In this document: one piece after another, positions 1-14,010 of the stretch
Position numbering within the stretch: position 1 is the stretch's first letter
Layout of the letters: every line of letters begins with the position of its first letter
NCBI RefSeq assembly: GCF_001194135.2
Contig: NC_068989.1
Location: 55,789,109-55,853,108, forward strand
Direction: 5' to 3'
Origin: Octopus bimaculoides
Taxonomy: Eukaryota
DNA: 64,000 bases
The notes under the pieces: generated by a model
Seen by the model: the letters and a program-made list of their open reading frames with translations, nothing else
Database searches by the model: none
Told to the model about the DNA's origin: nothing
Translations under genes and position numbers: made by a program

Positions 1-1249
1 TGATGATGATGACATATATATATATATAAGAGACAAGTTGTACGCCAAGGAATCTAATGCACCTAGCTTAGTTTTTCCTTAGGGCTGGCCAGATTGGAGT
101 GATATCGAGAATAACCAGCCGAAATTGTAAAGATAATCTGGATCTCAACTGAAAAGAGAAAACTCCAAATGACCTGTCCGTGTTTTCTTTGTATCGTCTA
201 TCTGTATGTTTTGTCCCTTTCGTGTATCACCTAACTGTCTGGATGTTTTGCGTCCTNNNNNNNNNNCCCATGCTAGCATGGAAAGCGGACGTTAAACGAT
301 GATGATGATGATGATGATATGTTAAGCTACTGCAGTGTTAATTACCTTTCATAATTTTTTCGCTCTCATAATCTAAACATTTAAAGTTTAACAGTACTTG
401 GCCCCTGTAAAAGCCAACATCTTCAAGTTCCCTCACCTATTAAATTAGCTTAAGGTATTTCTTCCCATTTAAACATTCTTTTCTACTAGACAAACCATTT
501 AACTGAAATCTAATCTTCTTTATACACAGTTTAACTTAAACTCAGTTATTTTATATGACCAAACTACAAACCATGTCAGATAACCACTTATTTATTAATT
601 TTGCATGATTATATTTATAAATGCCCTCTCAATTACATTAACAAATCTTGAACTCTTTTCCCTAAGCCTTAGTCTCTTCATAATTTTACACATCTAAATC
701 CCATCCCTAGTTTTCTCAAATGAACTCCTACAATTCCTATCATCATAACTGTTTATTTCAAAACTGGCTGGTATAAGTTACCTCCCTCTCTAACAACCAA
801 TTAAATCAACTGTTTATTTTCAAAATTTCCTCTACTAATCATTGTTTGCCTTTATCCATAAATAGGACATAACTGCTTTTTATTAACACCCATTTCTCCA
901 CCCATTTGTTTCTTTTCATCATTTTTTTTTAATATATATTTTGCCTATGATTATAAGTATCCAACTAATGCTTTGATGAGTTTAACTTGAGAACAAAACA
1001 GCCTGCAATTTGTCAGATGCATGTGTGCATGTGTGCACGTGTGTGTGTGTGCACGTTTGTGTAAATGAATGTGACTGTGTACGCATGTGTGTGTGTGTAG
1101 CAAAGGATATACAAGCAATAGCAAGAAACTGAAGAACCAATGATACTTCTTTGTTGCCCTTAGCATACAGCAGACCAATGACTGACCCATAAGAAACCTA
1201 TGACCAATGTCACTACAGTGTGAAATTAAAAAAAAGTACATATTCATTG

Positions 1250-1490
1250 TGTATGTGACTCTGTGTTTGTGTTTGTCCCCTACCACTGCTTGACAACTGG
1301 TGCTGGTGTGTTTACATCCGTTTAACTGAGCAGTTCTGCAAAAGAGACCAATAGGATAGGCACCAGGCTTAAAAAAGAGGAAAAAACATTTAAGTACTAG
1401 GGTCAATTTGTTTGACTAAAAATTCTTCGAGGTGGTACCACAGCATGGCTGCAGTCAAATGACAGAAACAAGTAAGTAAAAGAAAAAATA
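1250..1490 (+). mobile_element. SINE family A, 3' half
   Basis: GTTTGTCCCCTACCACTGCTTGACAAC..GAAACAAGTAAG. Confidence 0.85.
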
Positions 1491-1705
1491 TAAGAAAATA
1501 CTTGAATAAACGAAAATACTTGATAAAATCCAGCTTTCTCATTGTTACAGAACTTATGAAATTCATGATATAGTATCATTTCATGTTGTATCAAAGTTTT
1601 ATATTAAGTTCACTTCATTACTGTTAGATAACTTTTGCTTGGAAAACAAAGACATTGTTGTTTTCATTTATCAATATATCAAGAAAGTAAGACCAAAAGA
1701 CTTAC

Positions 1706-1752
1706 GTCACCAGTGTCGAAACAAGATACCTTATACAAACCAAACCAATTAA
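1706..1752 (-). CDS. Putative 47-nt exon (NWFGLYKVSCFDTGD)
   Basis: Acceptor catttcag|, consensus donor |gtaagt. The phase-1 entry matches 4040-4070. Confidence 0.45.
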
Positions 1753-2859
1753 CTGAAATGCCACCCTCAACATGAATTCAGATAGATTCGATACAGGTCA
1801 CATAAGAAAAAAAAGAAACTGTTTTCAAATAAATAAAATCTTTCCAATAATAAATTAATCATAAAACTTATGAAGAATGTTTTCAAGGTGACAAAAACTA
1901 CAGTTGGAATCAGATACATGAGCTAGAGAAATGCTGCCCTCTTTACATTGAAATTTTAATCAAAAGTAGCAGGTTTGTATAATCCCATTTATCATAATGT
2001 CAAGCTATCAGGATAACTACTGATGTGAAATCATTCATCATTTTGCCCGTTTTCAGTCACTAATTTCACAAATGAATGAATCATTTCTTCAGTTGTTGAT
2101 TTAGTGATAATATACCATTAATTCCTCTTAAAAACCTGACAGGAAATTTAATCACATTTTGTCTTGGAATATGTCAAATGTCATTCATGATTATTACAAT
2201 TTTGTCTTTTTTGAGGTTTTCTTCTTTTTCGAATTTTATGTCACCCACTAAATACCATTCTCATTACTGTCATTGTTTATATATCTATTAATAATGGAAT
2301 TAGACAATATAGGATTAGTCCCTTTTAGATCTATTTTATTCTTACATAATATTACCAAAACTCTATCCTAAAGGCTAAACTATTTCTTCATAATTGACAC
2401 TCCATCAGTTATGAAGACAAGTGTCCCAGCTGACTCAATCTATGAAACAGCCAGTTCTTGAAAGTAATGTACAAGTGGCTGAGTACTCTACAAAGGACTT
2501 CCAAAGGACTTTTTGCTACTCCCTTACTTCTGATGGAAAAAAATAAACAGAAAAACTCCCAAATTTTTCTTGGCTTCAGTGCTTGGCGTCATCTGAGAGA
2601 AACCAAACCAATGGCGGGAACCTTTATAACAGACATGGGCAACCTTTTTGGGTTTTATTTTATATAAGTGGACTGCATGAGACATAACTTATCATGAGAG
2701 GCCACAAGGTCATTTTTTGTTAGGCATACCATTCAGAAAGTCTTGTGGGCCACAGTTTACTCATGCCATCTCTATATGGTTGCTTGACCTATTGTAAGTT
2801 ACCTCAATAACAAATGACAGTCACATCATTATCTTAGCTAGTGACCTCAATGGAAATGT

Positions 2860-3235
2860 TGGGCAATACCATGATAGCTATTCCAGAGTACACAGTGGCT
2901 ATGGATACAGTTCCAGGAATGAGGAGGGATCAAAGCTTTTGGGGTTCTGAAACACAAATGAACTAACCATCTATAACACAAACTTCAAAAGATGTTGTTA
3001 GGAAAAAATGCATTCAAAGTAACAACAGTGCACCCATCCTCACGGTCACTGAAAAGAAGGAAGCTTGGAGAAGTTATTACAAGAGGCTGCTAAATGTGGA
3101 AAATGAGTGGAAGGAAGAAGAAACTACCTCAAGAATATCCAATAGAGAGACCAGCTATTGAAGTGGGCAGTTGTATGGTCCAAATAGCCTTTAAGGATAT
3201 CATGATGAAGAAAGCAGCAGGTCTGCCAAGTACCA
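2860..3235 (+). mobile_element. RTE LINE fragment (endonuclease/linker)
   Basis: GYGYSSRNEEG..NELTIYNTNFK and KKEAWRSYYKRLLNVENEW..KKAAG. Confidence 0.7.
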
Positions 3236-4039
3236 TCATTATCATCACCATCATCTAATGTTCATTTTTCCATGCTGGCATGGTTTGGATGGTTTGACAG
3301 GAGCTGGTAAGGCCAGGGGCCACACCAGGATCCACTTGTCTGTTCTGGCATGGTTTCTACAACAAGATGCCCTTCCTAACACCAACCACTTTACAGAGTG
3401 TATTGGATGCTTTTTATGTGGCACCAGCAATCAGTGATTCTACCATGGAGTCAGCACAAGTGCTTTTTATGTGGCACTAGTACCAAGTATAGTCACTGAA
3501 ATGTAGAAAACATCTGGCAAAGGGCAAAGTTGGGCTCAAGCTAGTCACTTGCATTGTCATATAGATAATACCCAATGACTGTTAGATTAAAAATTCCTGA
3601 ATTGAATAATTATATTAATGCTTTTTCAATAAATATATTTTTCAAATGAGAGGCAATTGAACACTGATTTGTTTTCTAATATAATACCAATTGACATTAC
3701 ATTAAAATTAGCAACAGGAGCACCATACATTAGCAGATTAAAATGACTAAGTTGAACAAATATATGCTTCAGAACAGCCACACATTCATCAACTCACCTA
3801 CCTATCCATCCACCAACCCATCCATCCAATCATATTGAGGTATGTACATACACGCGTACATGTGGGCACACACACACACACACACATACACTCACACATA
3901 CACACACATACATACATACATAAGTGTATATACATACAGTCTACAGTCAACCGCCCATGACATAGATACCAATTAGCAAACAGTGCCAATAAGCCTCCCA
4001 AGGGATTGTGTATCTGAGATACAAGTCAAAATGCTTTAC

Positions 4040-4070
4040 CCAAGCCATAGGTGAATGAAATTAGTGTACA
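4040..4070 (-). CDS. Putative 31-nt exon (CTLISFTYGL or YTNFIHLWL)
   Basis: Acceptor tatattttag|, donor TGG|gtaaag. Confidence 0.4.
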
Positions 4071-4494
4071 CTAAAATATATTATGCAAAAACATAAAAAT
4101 AATTTGAAATTCTATAAAACTATTAACTGCATTAATTTATCTAGTCTGGGATGCTGCAATTGCTAGGATCATTTCTTCTTTAGTCTGTGTGTGAACTAAT
4201 AAAACCTGCACACACAAGTGAGATACAAACTGTGCTCCATGAGCAGGTCACTTGTCTAGCAAAGTAGAGACCCACAAATAAGATCTAATAGAGGGCAAAG
4301 AAGACTCGGCAGTATTCTACAAATGGGGCAACTGCTATAGTGTTTTGGCACAATAAAATGCACCCAATCTACACTGTAAGATATATATATACAAAACAGT
4401 AATGTTGGCCAGTTTCAATTGTTGTATGTGATACATGACATGGACCAAAATGAGCAGTCCAACAGATACCAGAATGGAAAAACAGGAGTGATGA

Positions 4495-4641
4495 CACTGG
4501 TGGTGGTGGTGGTGGTGGTGGTGGCTATGACGATGACAATAACAAAAGCAATGATGACAATGACAATGATGATGATGATGATGATTATGATGATGACAAT
4601 GATGAGGGTGATGGCAATGACAATGACAATGATGATGACGG

Positions 4642-4697
<56 letters not shown>
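4495..4697. repeat. Compound (GGT)n/(GAT/GAC)n microsatellite
   Basis: Directly visible. Confidence 0.95.
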
Positions 4698-5304
4698 CAG
4701 TACTACTGCTTTTCCCCTTCCTCAAGTCACCCTTTTATTGACATCCCTCAGTTGCTTAACTTTGTCATTTTATTAAAAGCCACCACTCTCCTCTCTCTGA
4801 CACCAACCATTTATATGACTATCCATCACTTGCTCCCTTTCTCCCTCCACCCCAATTCCCCTCTAAAATTATTGTTATTCATTACTCTCTACTTTCTCCC
4901 TACTTTCTCACTGTCCCTCTTCATCTCTCCCTGCACAGTCTCACACTTCTCACTTCCTCTTTCTAACTTTTTCTATCCCCCCCCCCCATATTCTACTTCT
5001 TTCTCCTTCTCCCTATCCCACACTGGTTCATCTTCTGCAGTCGTCCTCTGCCCTACCAGCTCTACTAGCTGCATACAGTGATGAGGAGCTCTTTTGTCTT
5101 GCAATGCTGGTGCCATGACAAAACACACCAACTACACTTGGTAAAGGGATTGGCAAATGAGCAGAGACAACAAAGAACTGAGTGGACTGTCTTGCATTGC
5201 CATGTCGAAGGTGTGGCAACCTCTCTGCTGCTGGTGTCATGGTACACTGCACTCAGTGCATTCTGTGAAGGGCTTGGTGTCAGTCAGGGCACCCAGTAGA
5301 AACA

Positions 5305-5513
5305 TACTCTTTACTTGTTTCAGTCATTTGACTGTGGCCATGCTGAAGCACCACCTTTAGTCGAGCAAATCGACCGCAGGACTTATTCTTTGTAAGCCTA
5401 GTACTTTTCTATCAGTCCATTTTGCTGAACCGCTAAGTTACGGGTATGTAAACACACCAGCATCGGTTGTCAAGCGATGTTGGGGGGACAAACACAGACA
5501 CACAAACACACAC

Positions 5514-5547
<34 letters not shown>

Positions 5548-5703
5548 GACAGGCTTCTTTCAGTTTCTGTCTACCAAATCCACTCACAAGGCTTTGGTCG
5601 GCCCGAGGCTATAGTAGAAGACACTTGCCCAAGGTGCCACACAGTGGGACTGAACCCAGAACCATGTGGTTGGTAAGCAAGCTACTTACCACACAGCCAC
5701 TCT
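5305..5703 (-). mobile_element. SINE family A, full length
   Basis: Reverse complement of 9310-9725. Confidence 0.9.
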
Positions 5704-5777
5704 ATGCTAAAAAAAAAAAAAAGCATACGAGCTAGATATGGTCCCCTGCCATGTCTTTGACCATTGCAACTCACAAA

Positions 5778-6030
5778 AAATGGCAATGGCAAAAGCAGCA
5801 GCAGCAGTAGAGATGGCAGAAGTGGCAACAGAAGCAGTGGTGGAAGCAGCTGGGTAAAGTTGACAGTAGAAGCGATGGCAGAAGCAGTGTCACCAGTGGT
5901 GACAGTAGCAGCAATGGCAACAACAGAGGTATAGGCAGCGGCAGCAGTAGTGGCAATGGCAGCAACAAAGGAAGTAGTGGCAGTAGTAGTGACGGCAGCA
6001 GCAGCAGCAGTGTTGATGATAACAATGATG
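5778..6030. repeat. Degenerate GCA/GTA/GTG trinucleotide low-complexity repeat
   Basis: Directly visible. Confidence 0.9.
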
Positions 6031-6241
6031 TGAATTTATTTCCTTCATTTTCCATAATAAGGTAAATATTCTATATAGGTAATATTCAAATGTAAAAAAG
6101 ATTAAAAAAATACTCTTTGCTGGATTTAAGATATTCTTCAGACTCAATAATTATTAAATAATAAGAGTAAAAAAATGTACAGAATCACATCACCATGATA
6201 TCTTCATTTGGCAAACTTTCAAAAGAAAAGACATAACTAAC

Positions 6242-6330
6242 AGGTTTCATCGGCAAATAAGTCATTTGAAATGTATAACTTCCTTTCCTGGTTGAAAGGA
6301 AGGATCTTAAAGAAATCTCCTTCAAACAGC
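6242..6330 (-). CDS. Putative exon, two open frames (CLKEISLRSFLSTRKGSYTFQMTYLPMKP or LFEGDFFKILPFNQERKLYISNDLFADET)
   Basis: Acceptor ctactttcag|, donor |gttagt, 89 nt. Confidence 0.5.
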
Positions 6331-6447
6331 CTGAAAGTAGATTGACAATAATAATTGTATAATTCTGATTTTCACTTTATTATTTATTTTTTCTTTAGTT
6401 TCCACTTTTCTTTTTTTTCCTTCTTATAGCTCTCTGTCAGGCTAAAC

Positions 6448-6552
6448 AGATGTTTGTTAAATAGTCAAAGTAGAACATTTTCAAGAGAAACAAAATGGCT
6501 AGACATTCTTCCTCTGGGTAGTTGAAGACTTCAATTGGATTCTCCTTCACAA
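6448..6552 (-). CDS. Putative exon (VKENPIEVFNYPEEECLAILFLLKMFYFDYLTNI); donor position uncertain
   Basis: Good acceptor gtttttcttag|. Only the phase-1 entry is open, matching the upstream exon. Donor candidates (gtttag or gttcta) are weak. Confidence 0.4.
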
Positions 6553-6757
6553 CTAAGAAAAACACTCAGACACAACCAACACCATATTTATAAGAAAAAC
6601 AGATGAGGAATTTTGTTTCTAATGAAAGTTTGCAAAAATGAAGAAGGAGTAATGGCAATGCAAAAATGGTCAACAGCAGAGTGAAGTTTAAAACATGTCT
6701 GAGGTCCAGTTACTTTACATATGTATAGGATATTCTACATTAAAATATCAGCTGCAT

Positions 6758-7075
6758 CAGTGGTTCTCAGCCAGAGTTCATATAAGATTTTTGGCAGTCC
6801 ATGCAACAATATAGTCAATTAGGGAATCAATGTAGTATTCTAAAGGCCCCTGAAAAAATATTGCAAGAAACAGCCAGTTTTCTTTCTCATTTTACATAGT
6901 TCAACCTACACAAATTAATGGGTGATAAACAAAATAGGAATTTTGAAAGAAGTTTCTATAAAACTAGATGATGATGATGATGATGATGATGATGAAATGG
7001 CTATGGGTGTTCACCGGAATAAAATAGTGATCAAATGGGTTCATAGATAAAAAAAAAAATGGTTGAGAAACTCTG
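6758..7075. mobile_element. hAT-type MITE related to 26033-26285, with an internal (GAT)n
   Basis: TIRs CAGTGGTTCTCAGCC / GGTTGAGAAACTCTG; TSD AGCTGCAT/AGCTATAT (6/8). Confidence 0.75.
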
Positions 7076-7179
7076 AGCTATATATATAATCAATTTATTA
7101 TGGAAAATGAGTTTAATACATTATTTAATACAAAACTATGTTGTATGGTTTTATTACTTCATTTAACTTGTATCTTGTA

Positions 7180-7380
7180 TCTCTTATCCTTTACTTGTTT
7201 TAGTCATTTGAGTGTGACCATGCTGGAGCACCACCATGAAGGGTTTTAATAGAACGAATCGGCACCAGACTTATTTTCTTTTAAGCTGGTTTCTTTTGCC
7301 AACTCACAAAGTTATTTGGATGTAAACACACCATCACTGGGTATCAAGCAGTGGTGAAGGCACAAACACAGACACAAACA

Positions 7381-7417
<37 letters not shown>

Positions 7418-7418
7418 G

Positions 7419-7463
<45 letters not shown>

Positions 7464-7720
7464 NNNNNNNNNNNNNNNNNNNNNNNNNNNNNNNNNNNNN
7501 NNNNNNNNNNNNNNNNNNNNNNNNNNNNNNNNNNNNNNNNNNNNNNNNNNNNNNNNNNNNNNNNNNNNNNNNNNNNNNNNNNNNNNNNNNNNNNNNNNNN
7601 NNNNNNNNNNNNNNNNNNNNNNNNNNNNAGGCTATAGTAGAAGACACTTGCGCAAGGTGCTACACACTGGAACTGAACTCAGAACCATGTGGTTGGGAAG
7701 TAAGCTTCTTACCACACAGC
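7180..7720 (-). mobile_element. SINE family A spanning an assembly gap
   Basis: Tail and head flank the (CA)n and N-run. Confidence 0.85.
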
Positions 7721-8436
7721 CAAGCTTAAAACTGCACCATCTATTTTACCTGTACACACACACACACACACATGCATAACTTAAACTAAAATAATCTTAA
7801 AATAATATATAATTAGAGATACTCATTCATATTTGCTGTGGTAAAATAGTTTTGCTGCTGGATTGAATTCTATAACCACATTGACTTTTTCAGAGTCAAT
7901 CAAACTGGGTGCAAAAAAAATTTAAAAAAAAAAGAAAGAAAATTCTTTGCTTTATTTGGGTGCAAATGAATACCTAAAGATAATTATTAAAATATCCTAT
8001 TTTCTGAAAAATAGCCATAGAAAAAAATGAAAAAAAATGAAATAGCTATTAATCTAAATTTGAATTGTCAAGAACAGGAAAATAAAACAAAAAAATACAA
8101 CAAAAATTATCAGTTAATGTTTCCAAGAGAATAACAGCAGTCTTGCCTCTAATACCTTTTAGAAGGGAATGTTAATGATTGTGAATATTTCAATGAGTAT
8201 TTTCTGATATGTTTTATGGTTGGAGATTGCAGTGATTAACATATTCTCTCCTGTATACCTCTTAATATTGCTAGTCAGATTACTGACGCTCAATATTCAC
8301 TTACTTCCCAGACCTTAGATCTTATCAGCATTCACAGATTTATGATCCTGTATCTTTCTTGCTACATGCACACACACATACACACACACACACACACATG
8401 TGTGTGTGTATGTGTGTGTGAGTATGTATGTATAAA

Positions 8437-8481
<45 letters not shown>

Positions 8482-8629
8482 NNNNNNNNNNNNNNNNNNN
8501 NNNNNNNNNNNNNNNNNNNNNNNNNNNNNNNNNNNNNNNNNNNNNNNNNNNNNNNNNNNNNNNNNNNNNNNNNNNNNNATATACACACGTATGTATGTAT
8601 GTATTCCTTGTTAGCAAAAGCTGGCTTAC

Positions 8630-8679
8630 TTATTGACTCCTCTTGTATTTCATTAGCTGCCTTCCACAAGAGTTTAATA
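8630..8679 (-). CDS. Putative 50-nt exon (IKLLWKAANEIQEESI)
   Basis: Donor |gtaagc, weaker acceptor gctgatacag|. Only the phase-2 entry is open; exits in phase 1. Confidence 0.35.
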
Positions 8680-9309
8680 CTGTATCAGCTAAATCAGGCT
8701 TTATCAATCAAGAACAGTGAAGAAATGATGGAACTTCCAATGACAAGCAAAATCTCTAAGTTGTTTGATATGAGTAGATCATCGAAAGATTTTCTTTTTA
8801 TCTCCAACACAACCTGATAACAATATATCAATCCAATTTCAATAAAAAAATCCTCAGAAAATAATATATCTACTATTACATTTATTGACATATTATTATT
8901 CTAAGACCATTTTACTCGTCTGTCTTATGTACTCTGTTAGAATTGCTTTACACCTGGTAAAACAATTCTGCTGTTGCTTCAGATAACTAGGAATTTTAAA
9001 GGATACCATTTCCATCGAGTTAATCTTGAATAATGTATCATTTCCTACATCATTATTGGCTGTTCTTAATCCCATTTCTACTAACACCTTTTCTACTCAT
9101 AACAACTCTTTCTCTTTAGGACATAACTATTTATGAATATTTATCTTTAAGATTTATTCCCCCTATGTCCAGTTATTTCTTAATTCACAGCCAGTTCCTC
9201 CCTATAGTTTTACAAATCAATGAATAAATAAATCTTTCCATAAATGATTGGCTTAAAATAAGAAGAGATTCTAAATAGAAACTCGGCGATTTCAAAACAT
9301 TAAACAAAA

Positions 9310-9725
9310 GGCGCAGGTGTGGCTGTGTGATAAGAAGCTTGTATTCCCAACCACATGGTTTTGGGTTCAGTTCCACTGCATGGCACCTTGAGCAAGTGTC
9401 TTCTACTATAGTCTTGGGCCAACCAAAACCTTGTGAATGGATATGGTAGACAGAAATTGAAAGAAGCCTGTTGTGTGTGTGTGCGTGTGTGTGTGCGTGT
9501 GTGTGTGTGTCTTTGTGTCTGTGTTTGTCCCCCTATCACTGCTCAACAACTGGTGTTGGTGTGTTTACATCCCTGTAACTTAGCAGTTTGGCAAAAGAGA
9601 CTGATAGAATAAGTACCAGGCTTTAAAAATAAATACTGGGATCGATTTATTCGACTAAAAATTCAAGGCAGTACCCCAGCATGACCGCAATCAAATGACT
9701 GAAACAAGTAAGAGATAAAAGGTAA
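9310..9725 (+). mobile_element. Octopus tRNA-derived SINE family A (OK/OR-like), full length
   Basis: Head GCAGGTGTGGCTGTGTGATAAGAAGCTT..GGTTCAGTTCC (A/B-box-like), central (TG)n, tail ..GACTGAAACAAGTAA; many homologous copies in the window. Confidence 0.9.
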
Positions 9726-10326
9726 AAGAATAATAATGTTTTAGCAACAATGTATATTTTTCGTGTGTACATAGTCAATATAAATTATAAGTTGAAGTGG
9801 TGAGCTTTAGCACACTGGGCAAAATGCCTAGCAGCATTTCATCCATCTCTACGTTCTGAGTTCAAATTCTGCCAAAGTCAACTCAGCCTTTCATCTTTTT
9901 GGGGTCAATAAAATAAGTACCAATTGAGTATTAGGGTCAATGTAATCAACTTACCCACTACCACCAAACTTGCAGGCCTTGTGCCAAAATTTGAAACCAA
10001 TACAAGTTATAAGTTGAATAGGCCCTTCAAGAGATAAAAAGGTCACGACTGGACAAGAGTAAAGTAGAAAATATATTTCCAGTATGTTCATGTTAGTTAA
10101 AAATTTGGTATTCAAATCTTATTGCAAGCATGTTGTAAGTCGTTTTGAAATCCATAAGCCATGTTACCATAATATATAAGATTTAAGCAGATTGAATATA
10201 TCCTTTTCCTTTACACTAAAAAAATAATAACCTTTACTTCCAGAAAAGAAGTTCATGTGACAAACAAAGAGTTTATATTGGGACACATAAGCAGGAAATG
10301 AGAGGAAGTGTGTTGTTATTCTAGTT

Positions 10327-10482
10327 CAGTGCTCTGCAACCGGTATGCTGTGGCAAACTAATGTTCCACAAGATGATGTTAGGTATGCTGCAGTGTAACC
10401 TGAATATAATCTTTTTCCCTATAGCTTTAGTTATATTTTTAGTTCAGGTGTGCCACAAGTGAAAAAAGGTTGTGGAGCACTG
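10327..10482. mobile_element. hAT-type MITE
   Basis: TIRs CAGTGCTCTGCAACC / GGTTGTGGAGCACTG; perfect 8-bp TSD TTCTAGTT. Confidence 0.9.
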
Positions 10483-10859
10483 TTCTAGTTCATGTAGTCT
10501 TAAGAATGAGACTGACAGAGTAAAGAAAAACAGAGTAAAAGATCAGAAACTATGGATGACCTGTATTGATAAAAATTTTTAAATCATTTCCATAAAGTTC
10601 ACAAAATGAAATAAGATCGTGTGCCTTAATGAGAGAGTAATTCAAAAATTTTGGACTGAGACCTTTTATTGAGGAATAATAAAAAGAATAAAAATGTAGT
10701 AGAAAGCTGTAATTAGGACTAAAAAATATTTTTTAAATGTGTGAGAAAAGATGAAATTGGTGGTATAATGTCACAGTATAGTTTGATAAATAGAAAAACA
10801 AAAAGGTAAGTAGGTGTAGTAACTAGTTTTGAGTCTTCATGAGATAGAGTCATGAGAGC

Positions 10860-11060
10860 AGAGAAGTATGTATGGTGTCATCAACTATCCAGCCATCTTC
10901 TCAGCCCACTATTTCTGGGTGGGTCAGGGACTAGAGTCCTTTGGCACCTCCTCCATAGGGTCATATCAAGAGCAACCGACATTACACTTTCCAGCAGGAT
11001 TACCAAGCATGACCAACTGAAACAATGGATATCATCCAATCATCTAGTTCTTGATTGATC
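10860..11060 (-). mobile_element. RTE LINE extreme 3' fragment
   Basis: Minus-strand RWLDDIH..SVALDMTLWRRC, resembling RTE C-termini. Confidence 0.5.
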
Positions 11061-12559
11061 AACATCTAAAGTAAAATTCTATTTTTGTATATTACCTTCC
11101 ATGAATGGTAATTACACTTTGATCAAACAGAAATCCTACATTCATATCAGCAATGAATAAATCACAGAAGCCTTTTTTTCCAGTGTCAGGATTGCTATCC
11201 TACTACTTTTCCTTTATTTTAAATATTAATACTTCATAATCAGATTTTACTTAGATAATCTACTAATACCAAATGCCTCCCTACGTTTCATTTTTATAAA
11301 ACAAACTTTAACTTATTAACAGAAACAATGTTTGAATATACGACTTTCCACATGTGATTTTTCTAGTCACCTCACTTCTCTCTTCTTCTCTCTCCCCACC
11401 TCTTTCTTTCTATTTATCTATCTATCATTCACACACACATACACATAAATCAACTCTATTTAAATTTATCTAACATAACATCAGTTTTAATTTTCCAATT
11501 TAGTGCAATTACAATTATAAAGCATTCCATTCTACATTTATGATACCCATAATAGTACGTTTAAATACATATATCAAAAGGGGAAAGTGCTGTCACTTTT
11601 AAATTAATGGTTGCAATACAATGGTTTAATACTTTGTGGAGATTTGCAACATTTCTTCAAACTTTACATTCTGAGTTCAAATGCCACTGGAGTTGATTTT
11701 GTCTTTCACCCTTTTGTTGTTGATAAAACAAGTACCAGTCGAGTACTGGGATTGATGTAATCAACATAGCCCCTACCCCGAAATTGCTGGCCTTGTGCCA
11801 AAATACGAACACAATTTTTCAAGGAGATTTTTAAAACGTAAACTAAATTTTAAAAATCAAGCGTTTGATATCTCGTACATAGTCTTGGGACAGAGAAATG
11901 CATTTAATGTTCAAAAATTAATCCAATAAATGCTATTCTACCCTTCAATTAAATGTTGCTTGACATAAAGAGGAAGCTATTTAAGATGGTATTATTGGAA
12001 GAGTCATGGGAAAGTTCTTTTGATATCAATAAGTTTAATATAGCAAATAAGAAAATGAAATACAAAACAGAACAATATTATATCCTGATGTCATTATTTG
12101 CTTAATAAAAGTCAGTTAAAATATTAAACACTTCTTTGTATTGCTGTGATTGTTGTATGAAAAATATTCTATAAAGATTAGACAATATATATTACAATAT
12201 ATATCTCAAGATGACAATTCACATATCATTGCTTTTATGGTAGAATTATTACTTCATAACTGAAAAATTAAAAGTCATCAATTCTAACAATAATCAAGCA
12301 GCCAAACCATTTGTACTGACATTAAACAATGTTGCGGAACTTTATTTTTATCTATTAGTTAGGAAGGAAGAGCAATGCCCACATCCCATTACAAGACTGA
12401 AAAGACTGGTGGCAAGAAAAAAGAGAGGGACGGGCAAGGGTGACCTCAAACCGGAAATCTGGCCCTGAAGCTCTGAATAATTGCAACAGAGTAGACTCTG
12501 TCAAAGCTACCCAATGTGCTAGGAGGTGGTATTAAATCAGGTGATATCTTTTATCTTTA

Positions 12560-13335
12560 TGTTTTACTTGTTTCAGTCATTATACTGCAGTAATGTTGGG
12601 GCACTGCCTGGAGGAATTTTTAGTCAAATGAACTGACCCCAGTATTTTATATTTTTAAGCCTGGCACTTATTCTATTACTCTCTTTTGCCAAAGAGCTAA
12701 TTTACAGGAATGTAAGCACACCAACACCAGCTGTCAAGTGGTAGTGGGGGACAACACAGACACAAAGCTACATGCACATAGCTATACACATATATATAAC
12801 GACCTCAAGATGCTGAACCTTTCAGGCAAAATGACAAAGGATTGAGATGCCTGACGCCTTACTGTATGTACTCAAGAACACCCATGCTCTACAGCAGAAG
12901 TGCTAAGACCAGTCCCTCTAGTGGTGAAAAGCGCTCATGGCAGTGCCACATAAGAGTGCCTGTGCAATACCGTGTAAGAACGCCTGTGCAGCAGCATATA
13001 AAGACGCCTGTGCAATGCCACATAAAAGCATCCAGCACACTCTGTAAAGTGGTTGGCATCCAGCTGTAGAAACCATGCCACAACAGACTGGGGTCTGATG
13101 CAGCTATCCAGCATGCTAATTCTGATCAAACTGTCCAACCCATGCCAGCATGGACAATGGACGTTAAATGATAATGATGGTAGGCTTCTTTCAGTTTCCT
13201 GGGACAAAATCCACTCACAAGTCTTTGGTCAGCATAAGATTATAGTAGAAGACACTTGTCCAAGGTACTATGAAGTAGGACTGAGCCTGAAACCCTGTGG
13301 CTGGGATGCAAGCTTCTTACCACTAGCCACACTTG
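12560..13335 (-). mobile_element. SINE family A split by a nested RTE-tail repeat (~12803-13180)
   Basis: 3' half at 12560-12800, 5' half at 13183-13335. Confidence 0.85.
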
Positions 13336-13839
13336 CATTTACTACTCAAGGACATATAGAAATACTGCATTGAGAATATATTTGAAATAATGTTTTATAG
13401 TATGACAACAATACTTTGCTGAACAATGGAAAAATCTCAAGTTTGATGTTAGAATTACTATCATTTTATCAGAAAGTTCAAAAACAAAATTCAAACTTGA
13501 TCCAGGTATATTGAGGGATGGAAGAATAAAGTAAATTTAATAAAGAATTTAGCTTTATAGTTAAGACATTTTTAGGTGTAGAGAAAAAGGTTAGCAAATC
13601 TTAATGGGCAAGAGGCAATTAATTCCTCTACATTTTTCTACAATATAAATCATCATTTTTTCATCACAATTTAATGTCTAGCCCTTCCTGTCACCAACCC
13701 TCACTTGTTTCCAAATAAGGTATTATTTTCCGATACCTAAACATTTTTTGTTTGGAAACAAACAACCTAGCTTGTATGACAATAATACTCATTTACAACC
13801 ATCATGTGATGTCTAGAGAAGGATACACACACACATACA

Positions 13840-14010
13840 CACAACAGGCTGCTTTCAGTTTCCATGTACCAAATCCATTCACAAGATTTTGGTCAGTTTG
13901 GAGCTATGGTAGAAAACACTTGCCCAAGGTGCCATAGAGTGGAACTGAACCCAAGACCACATGGTCGGGGAACAAGCTTCTTAATCACACAGCCATGCCT
14001 GCACCTATAC
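13840..14010 (-). mobile_element. SINE family A, 5' half
   Basis: GGCTGCTTTCAGTTTCC..ACACAGCCATGCCTGCACC. Confidence 0.85.

Noticed and set aside
330-900. Strand-biased block, possibly an old LINE
   Set aside because: Too degenerate; no motif could be read.
4419-5081. 220-aa ORF with poly-V/poly-M
   Set aside because: It is a translation of a (GGT)n/(GAT)n microsatellite plus a pyrimidine-rich tract; no coding evidence.
6441-6517. Plus-strand exon after a strong pyrimidine tract
   Set aside because: The donor is weak, no plus-strand partners lie nearby, and it overlaps a better-connected minus-strand candidate.
8694-9290. Minus-strand ORFs 8694-8891 and 8896-9087
   Set aside because: They do not chain with neighbouring exons; the upper part is purine-biased like a decayed L1/Tx1 remnant, but no diagnostic motif was seen.
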